Below are positions 1-7,492 of a stretch of 15,978 bases of DNA, piece by piece. Both the position numbers and the translations under genes were made by a program. This DNA comes from Candidatus Aenigmatarchaeota archaeon. GTDB taxonomy: Archaea; Aenigmatarchaeota; Aenigmatarchaeia; Aenigmatarchaeales; JACQIB01. The notes under the pieces are model-generated. The model saw only the letters and a list, made by a program, of their open reading frames with translations, had not been told where the DNA came from and ran no database searches. The first letter of the stretch is position 1, and every line of letters starts with the position of its first letter. The stretch spans positions 1 through 15,978 of the forward strand of contig JAZDNN010000019.1 in NCBI GenBank assembly GCA_043799675.1, given 5' to 3'.

Positions 1-55
1 TCAATAGGCTGAGGCGATATCAGTCCGATGGGCCGCGGCGATATCAGCCGACATC

Positions 56-63
56 TTTAAAAA
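56..63 (+). promoter_or_regulatory. putative archaeal TATA box for topA
   Basis: TTTAAAAA in an AT-rich stretch about 35 bp upstream of the likely topA start. Confidence 0.45.
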
Positions 64-96
64 GTACCCTATATTATTAGCCGCAACGGTGTGTGT

Positions 97-2385
97 TTGA
101 CAGCGACAATTATCATCGCGGAAAAGCCGGATGCGGCGGCGCACATTGCGGAGGCGCTTGCGGAAGGAAGGGCAAAGAAGCATGCAGGCGAGGTGGGTGC
201 TGATTACTGGGAATTCATGAGAAACGGCAAGCAGCATATTGTCGTAGCTGCTGTCGGTCATTTGTTCAACCTCAAGCAGGCGGGAAAAGCGGGATGGAGC
301 TATCCGGTGTTCGAAGTGGAATGGGCCCCTTCCTGGAAAATCCGGAAGAAGAGCGAGTTCTCCGGGAAATACTTCAGGACCATCGAGCAGTTCAAGGGGA
401 AGGCGAAGGACTTCATCATCGCCTGCGACTACGATAACGAAGGCTCCGTCATCGGCTATAACATACTCAGGTACATCTTCGAAGAGAATGAAGCAAAGCG
501 GATGAAGTTCAGCACGCTGACCAAGCAGGATCTCCAGAAAGCGTATGATGAGGCGGACAAAACTCTTGATTGGCAGAACATCGAGTGCGGTCTCGCAAGG
601 CACATCCTGGACTTTTACTACGGAATCAATTCATCGAGAGCGCTTACTTTGGCAATCAAAAAATCCAGTTCACGGTTTGCATTGCTTTCCGCAGGAAGGG
701 TGCAAGGGCCCGTGCTGTGCATGCTGTCCGAAAGGGAGAAGGAAATCAAGGCGTTCAAGCCGACGCCGTTCTGGCAATTGCAGGCAAACCTTCTGCTTGA
801 CGGAAAGGAGCTGTTGGCCGAACATGAGACCGACAAGTTCTGGGACCGGGCAAAGGCGGAGGCGGCGCTGAAGAACAGCAAGGGAAAGGCAATGGTGGAG
901 AGTATAGAGAAGAAGGAATACAGGCAATCCCCGCCGGTGCCGTTCAACATAACAAGCTTGCAGACGGAAGCTTACCGTTTGTTCGGTTACAGCCCGCAGC
1001 AGACGCTGAACATAGCGCAGGACCTTTACACGAAAGCGTTCATCAGCTACCCGAGAACAAGCAGCGAGAAGTTCCCACCGCAGATAGGATTCAGGGACAT
1101 CCTTCAGGCAATAGCAAAGATAAAGAAGTATTCGAACCTTGCAGGCAAGCTGCTCGCACTGAAGGAGCTGATACCCAGCGAAGGCAAGCGGACCGACCCT
1201 GCGCACGAGGCAATCCATCCGACGGTCGAGCCGCCGAGCGACGTAATGAAGCTCACCGGCCAGCAGAGGAACATCTACGATTTAGTTGTGCGCAGGTTCT
1301 TTGCATGCTTCGGGGAAGCGGCAGTGAGAGAAAGTGCCAAGATAGGCATGAACATAGGCGACCAGCCTTACAGCATAACAGGAAGAAGGACGCTCAAGCC
1401 GGGCTGGATAGAGTTCTACGGTCCGCTCGCGAAGTTCGAGGAAATAACACTGCCTGACCTGAAGAAAGGCGACAAGGTCGACGTCAAGAAAGTGGAGATG
1501 CTGGACAAGGAGACCCAGCCGCCCGCGCGCTGGAGCCAGGCAGCGATGATAAAGGAAATGGAGAAAAGAAATCTTGGCACTCGTGCGACAAGGGCTGCGA
1601 TCCTTCAGACGCTGTACGACCGCTACTATGTGACCGACAAGTCGGTGCGTGTTACCGATTTAGGAATGGCTGTTGCACAGACGCTAAAGAAATACGTACC
1701 TGATCTGGTGGACGAGCAGCTGACCAAGCAGTTTGAGATAGACCTTGAGAAAATACTACAGGGCAAGGTCAAGAAGGAGAAGGTGCTTGAGGAAGCAAAG
1801 AAAGCTCTAATCAAGATTTCCGAGGAGTTCAAAGCCAATGAAGATAAGATAGGAAAGGAACTGGGTAAGGCGGTCGTAAGCAGCCAAGATGACAGGAACA
1901 CACTCGGGCCGTGCAAGAATTGCGGCGGCAAGCTGAAGGTGCTGTTCAGCCCGTGGACCAAGAAACATTTCGTGGGATGCTCAAGTTACAGCCGTTGCAA
2001 GCTGTGCGGCTTCACCAAGACCGCATGCAAGTGCGAATGCCCGATATGCAAGCAGCCGAAAGGCAAATGCGAGCACCCGTGGAAGGAGAAGGTTTGGAAC
2101 CCGAGCTGCCAGACCGGCTATCCGTTGCCTCATAATGCCAGCTTCCAGAGGCTTGACAAGACATGCGAGAAGTGCAGCACACCTATGATAAGGGTCATCA
2201 GAAAAGGCAAAAGGCCGTTCAACATGTGCCTGGACCCGAAGTGCGAGACCAAGGCCGACTGGGGAAAGCCGAAGGAAATGAAAGCAAAGAAAGCCAGAGC
2301 AAAGCTCAAAGAGCTCAAGGGCGATACAAAACTCACGAACAAACAGAAGATAAAGGAAATCGTGAAGAAGCGAGCAAAGAAGTAA
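97..2385 (+). CDS. topA: type IA DNA topoisomerase (archaeal Topo I/III) with C-terminal zinc ribbons and Lys-rich tail
   Basis: TOPRIM motifs IIAEKP, GHL and DYDNEG; SAGRVQ; catalytic Tyr in ISYPRT; AHEAIHPT; GTRATR; C-terminal Cys clusters. TTG at 97 is preferred because GGTG lies at 88-91; GTG at 91 is the alternative start. Confidence 0.96.
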   Translation: MTATIIIAEKPDAAAHIAEALAEGRAKKHAGEVGADYWEFMRNGKQHIVVAAVGHLFNLKQAGKAGWSYPVFEVEWAPSWKIRKKSEFSGKYFRTIEQFKGKAKDFIIACDYDNEGSVIGYNILRYIFEENEAKRMKFSTLTKQDLQKAYDEADKTLDWQNIECGLARHILDFYYGINSSRALTLAIKKSSSRFALLSAGRVQGPVLCMLSEREKEIKAFKPTPFWQLQANLLLDGKELLAEHETDKFWDRAKAEAALKNSKGKAMVESIEKKEYRQSPPVPFNITSLQTEAYRLFGYSPQQTLNIAQDLYTKAFISYPRTSSEKFPPQIGFRDILQAIAKIKKYSNLAGKLLALKELIPSEGKRTDPAHEAIHPTVEPPSDVMKLTGQQRNIYDLVVRRFFACFGEAAVRESAKIGMNIGDQPYSITGRRTLKPGWIEFYGPLAKFEEITLPDLKKGDKVDVKKVEMLDKETQPPARWSQAAMIKEMEKRNLGTRATRAAILQTLYDRYYVTDKSVRVTDLGMAVAQTLKKYVPDLVDEQLTKQFEIDLEKILQGKVKKEKVLEEAKKALIKISEEFKANEDKIGKELGKAVVSSQDDRNTLGPCKNCGGKLKVLFSPWTKKHFVGCSSYSRCKLCGFTKTACKCECPICKQPKGKCEHPWKEKVWNPSCQTGYPLPHNASFQRLDKTCEKCSTPMIRVIRKGKRPFNMCLDPKCETKADWGKPKEMKAKKARAKLKELKGDTKLTNKQKIKEIVKKRAKK

Positions 2386-2402
2386 CCGCGCTACATCTTG
2401 CG

Positions 2403-2408
2403 TTTAAA
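2403..2408 (+). promoter_or_regulatory. putative TATA box for a leaderless transcript of the orphan ORF
   Basis: TTTAAA ending about 25 bp upstream of ATG 2433, the spacing expected for leaderless archaeal mRNA. Confidence 0.45.
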
Positions 2409-2432
2409 TGTTTTTGCATGTTACCAACAGCG

Positions 2433-3086
2433 ATGAAGCTTTCAAAAGAGAGAATAGCCGGCATGATAGGACCGATATCGAAACGACCGGCCCTGTTGCG
2501 CGGCACGGCCGTTGAGTCCGTACTGACCCTTTTTGAAACAGGCAAGCTGTTCCCGGACAGACGATGTGACAGAAACACACGGGATTATCTGTATTTTGTG
2601 CCTGTGAGCAGGGAGCTGCCCGTGAGTCTTCGTGACGACGGCTGGCGCAGCAGGTCTGATGCCATCGAGTCGGCTGAATTGTATGCAGCCGATAACGGCG
2701 AGGAGCGGCACATAATGGAGTGCATAATGAAGGCAGGAATACCGAAATCGAAGGCGGAGATGATAAAATGCGAATGGCTGTGCGACATTAGCCACAGGAT
2801 ACCCGCATATGCAAGAAAGATTGCAAACGGACTCGACTATAAGGACATCTACAAACGCGCAGAAAAATACAATGGTGTAATCATAGAAGTCGGTAAAGGC
2901 GTTCTTGGAATGAAATTGGAAATCGACCCGGAGGGCGAAGGCGTAAGGTTACGTTGTCCGTCCGGACTGCCCGCGAAATACGTCAAAAGGATAGAACCGC
3001 AGGGGCGAAAGGAAAAGGAAATACTCAAAACGTATCTGGCTGGCAAAAGAAATTACCAAGAACATGCCGAAAAGACGAAGAAGTAA
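2433..3086 (+). CDS. hypothetical protein (217 aa), possible ADP-ribosyltransferase-like fold
   Basis: Fills the gap between topA and pyrE and has its own TATA-like box. Ordered motifs LLRGT..ESVLTLFETGKL, YLYF, AELYA, GVIIEV and LPAKYVKRI. The ORF-track start at 2163 overlaps topA; ATG 2418 is an alternative start. Confidence 0.7.
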   Translation: MKLSKERIAGMIGPISKRPALLRGTAVESVLTLFETGKLFPDRRCDRNTRDYLYFVPVSRELPVSLRDDGWRSRSDAIESAELYAADNGEERHIMECIMKAGIPKSKAEMIKCEWLCDISHRIPAYARKIANGLDYKDIYKRAEKYNGVIIEVGKGVLGMKLEIDPEGEGVRLRCPSGLPAKYVKRIEPQGRKEKEILKTYLAGKRNYQEHAEKTKK

Positions 3087-3101
3087 GTCAAATCATCTAA
3101 T

Positions 3102-3686
3102 CTAGCACTGCAGCACGATTTTTCCGGATTCCGAAGTCGTATTGCGCCTTTCCATTATTTCCCTGCGCTTGATGAGGGATATCAGGTTTATACCTTCTTT
3201 CCTCAGAGCATCCGTTGCACCTTCCTCCCTATCTACAAGCACGTAGGCGTCCTTCACGACCAGGCCCTCGTCCCTGCATACCTTTGCGGCAAAGCTTATG
3301 CTGCCTCCAACGGTAGCAACATCCTCGACTATCAGCACCTCCATTTTGGGCTCATAGTCGCCCTCAATCTGCCTTCTGGTCCCATGCTCCCTTTGCTCCT
3401 TTCTTACCAGTAGCTGTTCAATGTCCGTTTCCAACGATAGTGCAGTCGCAAGGGGCGTTCCGCCGATCGGAACAGAACCGATCCTGTCATATGATTCAAA
3501 TTTCAGTTCCGGTTTTCTCAGGGACAGATAGTTATACTCCCTCAGTATTCTGGGCTTCGTGCTGACCTTCTTTATATCGATGTAATAGTCGCTTTCTTTC
3601 CTTGATGTAAGAAGGAATTTTCCAAATCCTATGGCGCCTACTCCTATCATTCCGTCAATCAAATGGTCAACGCTGTATACGCCCAA
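3102..3686 (-). CDS. pyrE: orotate phosphoribosyltransferase (divergent)
   Basis: FGKFLLTS..ESDYYID, loop VRKEQREHGT, PRPP-binding VLIVEDVATVGGS, LVDREEG; TTG start with GGTGG upstream. Confidence 0.9.
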   Translation of the reverse strand: MGVYSVDHLIDGMIGVGAIGFGKFLLTSRKESDYYIDIKKVSTKPRILREYNYLSLRKPELKFESYDRIGSVPIGGTPLATALSLETDIEQLLVRKEQREHGTRRQIEGDYEPKMEVLIVEDVATVGGSISFAAKVCRDEGLVVKDAYVLVDREEGATDALRKEGINLISLIKRREIMERRNTTSESGKIVLQC

Positions 3687-3727
3687 ATTCCCACCACTAC
3701 AACAAAGGCGTTTAGCAAGGATTTATA

Positions 3728-4414
3728 TCAGAACAGCCGCAGCTTGCTGACTTCCTTCAGGCCATCGTTGGTTATCTGGAACTCTATCTGCTTGTCCTCG
3801 GGCATGCTCCTTGCCCTTGCTATCCTTGCTATACGGCACGAGGTGCGGCCCGCATGCGAAAGCTCCACCATGTTCTTGCTCCACCATTTCACCACGTTCT
3901 TGGCGCTGAGCTCTATCTTTCCGGTGTCGGGCTCGGAGTAGACCTGGTTGGTTATCAGGATAGGAATATTCTTCTCGCGTGCAATCTTTGAGAGTACCGA
4001 GAGCTGGGAACCGAGCTCGCGACTTATGCTCTGGAAATTGCTGTCGTCTATTGTAACACGCCACTGTGCCACTATGCTGTCCACAATTATGATGCCCAAT
4101 TGCTCCCTTTTCGCTATCGCTTCAACCCTGTTGAATGTTGACTTCTGTTCTTCCCAGTTCTTCGGTTCGAGCAGTATCATCTTGTCCGTGTATCTCCGTG
4201 TGCCGCCTATCATCTGTTCCATCCGTTCCTGGGAGAAACCGCCCTCCGTGTCGATGTAAAGAACCTTCTTTCCAAGGTTGATGGTACTGATTGCCGCACA
4301 CAACGCTATGTTGGTCTTGCCTGTCGCGGCGGGACCGTAGAAGTTGGTGATGCAGCCCGGCTCGAGGCCGCCGCCCAACAGCTTGTCTATCGGAGAACAG
4401 ACAGGAAGGCGCAT
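3728..4414 (-). CDS. radB: DNA repair and recombination protein RadB
   Basis: 228-aa RecA-core-only protein: IDKLLGGGLE, Walker A GPAATGKT, YIDTEGGFS, Walker B IIIVDS, ITNQVY, FQITNDGL. Confidence 0.92.
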   Translation of the reverse strand: MRLPVCSPIDKLLGGGLEPGCITNFYGPAATGKTNIALCAAISTINLGKKVLYIDTEGGFSQERMEQMIGGTRRYTDKMILLEPKNWEEQKSTFNRVEAIAKREQLGIIIVDSIVAQWRVTIDDSNFQSISRELGSQLSVLSKIAREKNIPILITNQVYSEPDTGKIELSAKNVVKWWSKNMVELSHAGRTSCRIARIARARSMPEDKQIEFQITNDGLKEVSKLRLF

Positions 4415-4438
4415 GCAAAGTTCATGGGAGCAGAAAGC

Positions 4439-4445
4439 TTTATAT
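4439..4445. promoter_or_regulatory. putative TATA element in the divergent radB / cdc48-operon intergenic region
   Basis: TTTATAT lies about 25 bp from the radB ATG and about 40-50 bp from the starts at 4484/4496, so it could serve either direction. Confidence 0.45.
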
Positions 4446-4462
4446 GCTTGTTAGTATGTATT

Positions 4463-4495
4463 GTAAGTAAACTTTTGGCATGGATGGTAAGTAAA
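4463..4495 (+). repeat. 9-bp direct repeat GTAAGTAAA x2 (4463-4471, 4487-4495)
   Basis: Exact copies 24 bp apart, between the TATA-like box and ATG 4496. Confidence 0.6.
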
Positions 4496-4861
4496 ATGGA
4501 ACTGAGAATCAGGCGCCAAGGGAGTAACGATGCGATACTCATAAGTTTCGATACCAATGCGGAGAAGTTCGAGTCGGCTTACGAGAGGAACAAGTTCTTT
4601 TCCGAGCTTCACGGAAGGAAGCAGGTAATCATCAGGCAGGGCAAAAGGTACGAATACAGGAGAGAGGGGCTGCTGGACGAGGTCCCTAACTTAAGAGTTG
4701 CCAACTCGGTCTTTATTGTGATGCAGGAGCACATGAAGATGATGGAAAGATTCTTTGACGGGTGGGAGGACAAGGTCATGTTCAAAAGCTTCCCTGTGTT
4801 GCTGAACAACAAGGAAATGAAGGAGCTCGAGGAAAGCAATGAAAAGGAGGTAATCGCATGA
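4496..4861 (+). CDS. small hypothetical protein, Cas2/VapD/PaaX-central-domain-like ferredoxin fold (tentative)
   Basis: ILISFDT followed by helix ERNKFFSEL and later RVANSVFIV, resembling Cas2 hhhxYD...QxSVF. The stop overlaps the cdc48 start (ATGA 4858-4861). Alternative start at 4484. Confidence 0.7.
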   Translation: MELRIRRQGSNDAILISFDTNAEKFESAYERNKFFSELHGRKQVIIRQGKRYEYRREGLLDEVPNLRVANSVFIVMQEHMKMMERFFDGWEDKVMFKSFPVLLNNKEMKELEESNEKEVIA

Positions 4862-7143
4862 TGGGGGATGAGAAAGGAACGAAGGACATCAAGCTCAAGG
4901 TCGGTGAACTGACAGGAAGGGAGGATTTCGGTCGTGGAATAACCAGGATAGACAGCGCAACGATGAAGGTCCTTGGCGTCAAGGAAGGCGACCTCTTAGA
5001 GATAGAGGGCAAGCGCAAGACCTCGACCATAGCGGTCAGAGCTTACCCTGCCGATGTCGGGCTCAATGTGGTCAGGATAGACGGATTGGTCAGGAACAAT
5101 GCCGGCGCCCCCATAGGCGAGCATGTCATCGTCCGCAAAGCGGACATCAGGGAAGCGAAGAAGGTATGCCTTGCCCCGGCGGAAAAGGGCATAAGTTACA
5201 GGGTCAGTCCGTCGCTCATCGGACAGAACATCTTCAGACGCCCCGTTACAAAGGGGGACATCATACTTCCCAAGAAAGTTTTCAGGCTCAGAGAGGACAA
5301 CGATATAGCAGACGTCATGAGCATGTTCGGTCTGAGCCCCGAAGTGTTCATCCCGTCGGATGTGAAGTTGATCGTTCTAAAGACCGAACCTGCCGGGTCG
5401 GTGCAGATAACCGAGATGACCGAACTCGAAGTGCTCCCGGAAGCCGCTGAAATAAAAGAACTGGAACGGGTCCCGATGGTCACTTACGAAGATCTCGGAG
5501 GCCTGGGAAACGTCGTGCCGAAAATACGGGAAATGATAGAACTTCCATTAAGGCATCCCGAAGTTTTCAGCAGGCTCGGCGTTGAGCCACCTAAGGGCGT
5601 ATTGCTTCACGGGCCGCCCGGTTGCGGCAAGACACTGCTTGCAAAGGCGGTAGCCAACGAATCCGGTGCGCATTTCATCAGTCTTGCAGGCCCGGAAATC
5701 ATGAGCAAGTGGTACGGGCAGTCCGAAGAGAACCTGAGGAAGGTTTTCGATGATGCGGAGAAGAATGCGCCTTCAATAATCTTCATCGACGAGGTGGATT
5801 CCATCGCCCCAAAGCGGGAAGAGGTCACCGGAGAGGTGGAGAGAAGGGTTGTGTCGCAGTTGCTGACAGTGATGGATGGCTTGAAGTCACGCGGCAAGGT
5901 GGTGGTGATTGCCGCCACCAACAGGCCGAATGCCATAGATCCCGCCCTGAGGAGACCCGGAAGATTTGACAGGGAAATAGAGATACCCGTCCCGGACAAG
6001 AAAGGACGGAAGGAAGTCCTGCAGATACATACGCGGAACATGCCCCTGGAAAAGGGCGTGGATATCGACAAGCTTGCCGAAATAACATACGGGTTTGTCG
6101 GAGCGGATTTATCGGCTCTTGCGAAGGAGGCGGCAATGCATTCGCTCAAGCGGGTACTGCCGGAGATAACCGACCTCAAGGAGAACGAGCCGCTGCCCAA
6201 GGAGCTGCTTGAGAAGATACAGGTGACCAAGGAGGATTTCGAATACGCCATGAGGATGGTGCAGCCCTCGGCAATGAGGGAAGTGCTCGTCGAAGTCCCG
6301 AAGGTGAAGTGGGCGGACGTAGGCGGATTGCCTGACGTGAAGGGCGCGCTCAAGGAGGCGGTCGAGTGGCCGCTGAAAGATCCGGAAAGCTTCAAGCGGA
6401 TAGGCATCAGGCCGTCGCGCGGCATAATGCTTTACGGCCCGCCGGGTTGCGGAAAGACCTTCATAGTGAAGGCGCTGGCCAACGAGTCAGGCACGAATTT
6501 CATATCGATTAAAGGACCAGAACTGCTTTCCAAATGGGTCGGAGAGAGCGAGCAGCACATCAGGGACATATTCAGAAGGGCAAAGCAGGTCGCGCCCTGC
6601 ATAGTGTTCTTCGATGAGATAGACGCGCTCGCGCCCAGAAGGGGAATGGATGTCGGGTCAAGGGTGACCGAGCAGGTCGTTTCACAACTGCTCACGGAAA
6701 TGAGCGGCATCGAGGAAATGGAAGGTGTCGTGATAATTGCCGCCACCAACAGGCCGGACATCGTGGACCCCGCTCTCCTCAGACCCGGGCGGTTCGACAG
6801 GCTCATTTACGTACCGGCTCCCGATACGAAAACCAGGCTGGAAATAATGAAAATACATACCAGAGGAATGCCGTTGAAAGAGGTCGACCTGGAGAAGCTG
6901 GCTGAGAAGGCCGACGGTTACAGCGGTGCGGACCTGGAGGCGCTCGTAAGAGAGGCGGGAATGAACTCCCTGAGGGAGAACATCAAAGCAAAGGAAGTGA
7001 CAAAGAAGCAGTTCGACGAGGCGCTCAAGAAGGTAAAGCCCAGCATAACCGAGGACATGTTCGCGAAATATCAGAGAGCGGTGGAGGACATAAAGAAAAC
7101 GAAGCTTGAGGAAAGCGAGAAGATGTCAAGGTACGTAGGGTGA
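4858..7143 (+). CDS. cdc48: CDC48/VAT family AAA+ ATPase
   Basis: N domain plus two AAA modules: GPPGCGKT twice, Walker B IFIDE/FFDE, pore loops KWYG/KWVG, SRH AATNRP..DPAL.RPGRFD twice; RBS GGAGGT at 4846-4851. Confidence 0.98.
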   Translation: MMGDEKGTKDIKLKVGELTGREDFGRGITRIDSATMKVLGVKEGDLLEIEGKRKTSTIAVRAYPADVGLNVVRIDGLVRNNAGAPIGEHVIVRKADIREAKKVCLAPAEKGISYRVSPSLIGQNIFRRPVTKGDIILPKKVFRLREDNDIADVMSMFGLSPEVFIPSDVKLIVLKTEPAGSVQITEMTELEVLPEAAEIKELERVPMVTYEDLGGLGNVVPKIREMIELPLRHPEVFSRLGVEPPKGVLLHGPPGCGKTLLAKAVANESGAHFISLAGPEIMSKWYGQSEENLRKVFDDAEKNAPSIIFIDEVDSIAPKREEVTGEVERRVVSQLLTVMDGLKSRGKVVVIAATNRPNAIDPALRRPGRFDREIEIPVPDKKGRKEVLQIHTRNMPLEKGVDIDKLAEITYGFVGADLSALAKEAAMHSLKRVLPEITDLKENEPLPKELLEKIQVTKEDFEYAMRMVQPSAMREVLVEVPKVKWADVGGLPDVKGALKEAVEWPLKDPESFKRIGIRPSRGIMLYGPPGCGKTFIVKALANESGTNFISIKGPELLSKWVGESEQHIRDIFRRAKQVAPCIVFFDEIDALAPRRGMDVGSRVTEQVVSQLLTEMSGIEEMEGVVIIAATNRPDIVDPALLRPGRFDRLIYVPAPDTKTRLEIMKIHTRGMPLKEVDLEKLAEKADGYSGADLEALVREAGMNSLRENIKAKEVTKKQFDEALKKVKPSITEDMFAKYQRAVEDIKKTKLEESEKMSRYVG

Positions 7144-7147
7144 TGAA

Positions 7148-7492
7148 ATGGATGACAAGAGAAGGATAAACGTTAACGTCGATCACAGCGAGCCCGTGTT
7201 CTTCACCGATAACGTCACGGTGTGGCACAATCCCCAGAAGTTCGTGATGGACTTCACCAATGCGACGCCGCGCTTCGACAAGGTGGGGGAAGAGAACCAG
7301 CAGACCATCGCAGTGAAGCACAAGACCCTGATAATGGACCCCATACTTGCAAAAATATTCCTCGGTGTCCTGAAGGACAATGTCGAAAAGTACGAGAAGA
7401 ACATCAGTAAAATAGCAATGCCGAAGCCATCTAAGATCAAGCAGATAAAACCGTCAAGACTTGCCGACGCCGCGAGCAAGTATATAGGCTAA
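7148..7492 (+). CDS. DUF3467-like small protein
   Basis: Pattern FFTDNVTV.HNPQKFVMDF...IMDPILAK.FL.VLKDNVEKYEK recalls DUF3467 (beta strands then a long helix ending YE). It starts 4 bp after cdc48 with GGTGA RBS over the cdc48 stop. Confidence 0.75.
   Translation: MDDKRRINVNVDHSEPVFFTDNVTVWHNPQKFVMDFTNATPRFDKVGEENQQTIAVKHKTLIMDPILAKIFLGVLKDNVEKYEKNISKIAMPKPSKIKQIKPSRLADAASKYIG

Noticed and set aside
1..603. 200-aa - strand ORF, including the 17-codon MSADIAAAHRTDIASAY end
   Set aside because: Mostly antisense to topA; the short peptide has no support beyond the nucleotide repeat
2163..2432. N-terminal extension of the 307-aa ORF, or a topA frameshift fusion
   Set aside because: It overlaps the intact topA 3' end, and a TATA-like box with ATG 2433 explains the gene more simply
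4424..4483. Upstream start of the 145-aa ORF
   Set aside because: It runs through the AT-rich divergent promoter region; 4484 or 4496 is more plausible
4415..4861. CRISPR-Cas locus suggested by the Cas2-like gene
   Set aside because: No repeat-spacer array, cas1 or other cas gene in the window
5600..6800. Repeated DNA segments within cdc48 (e.g. GCCGCCACCAACAGGCCG twice)
   Set aside because: Explained by the conserved D1/D2 AAA domain duplication
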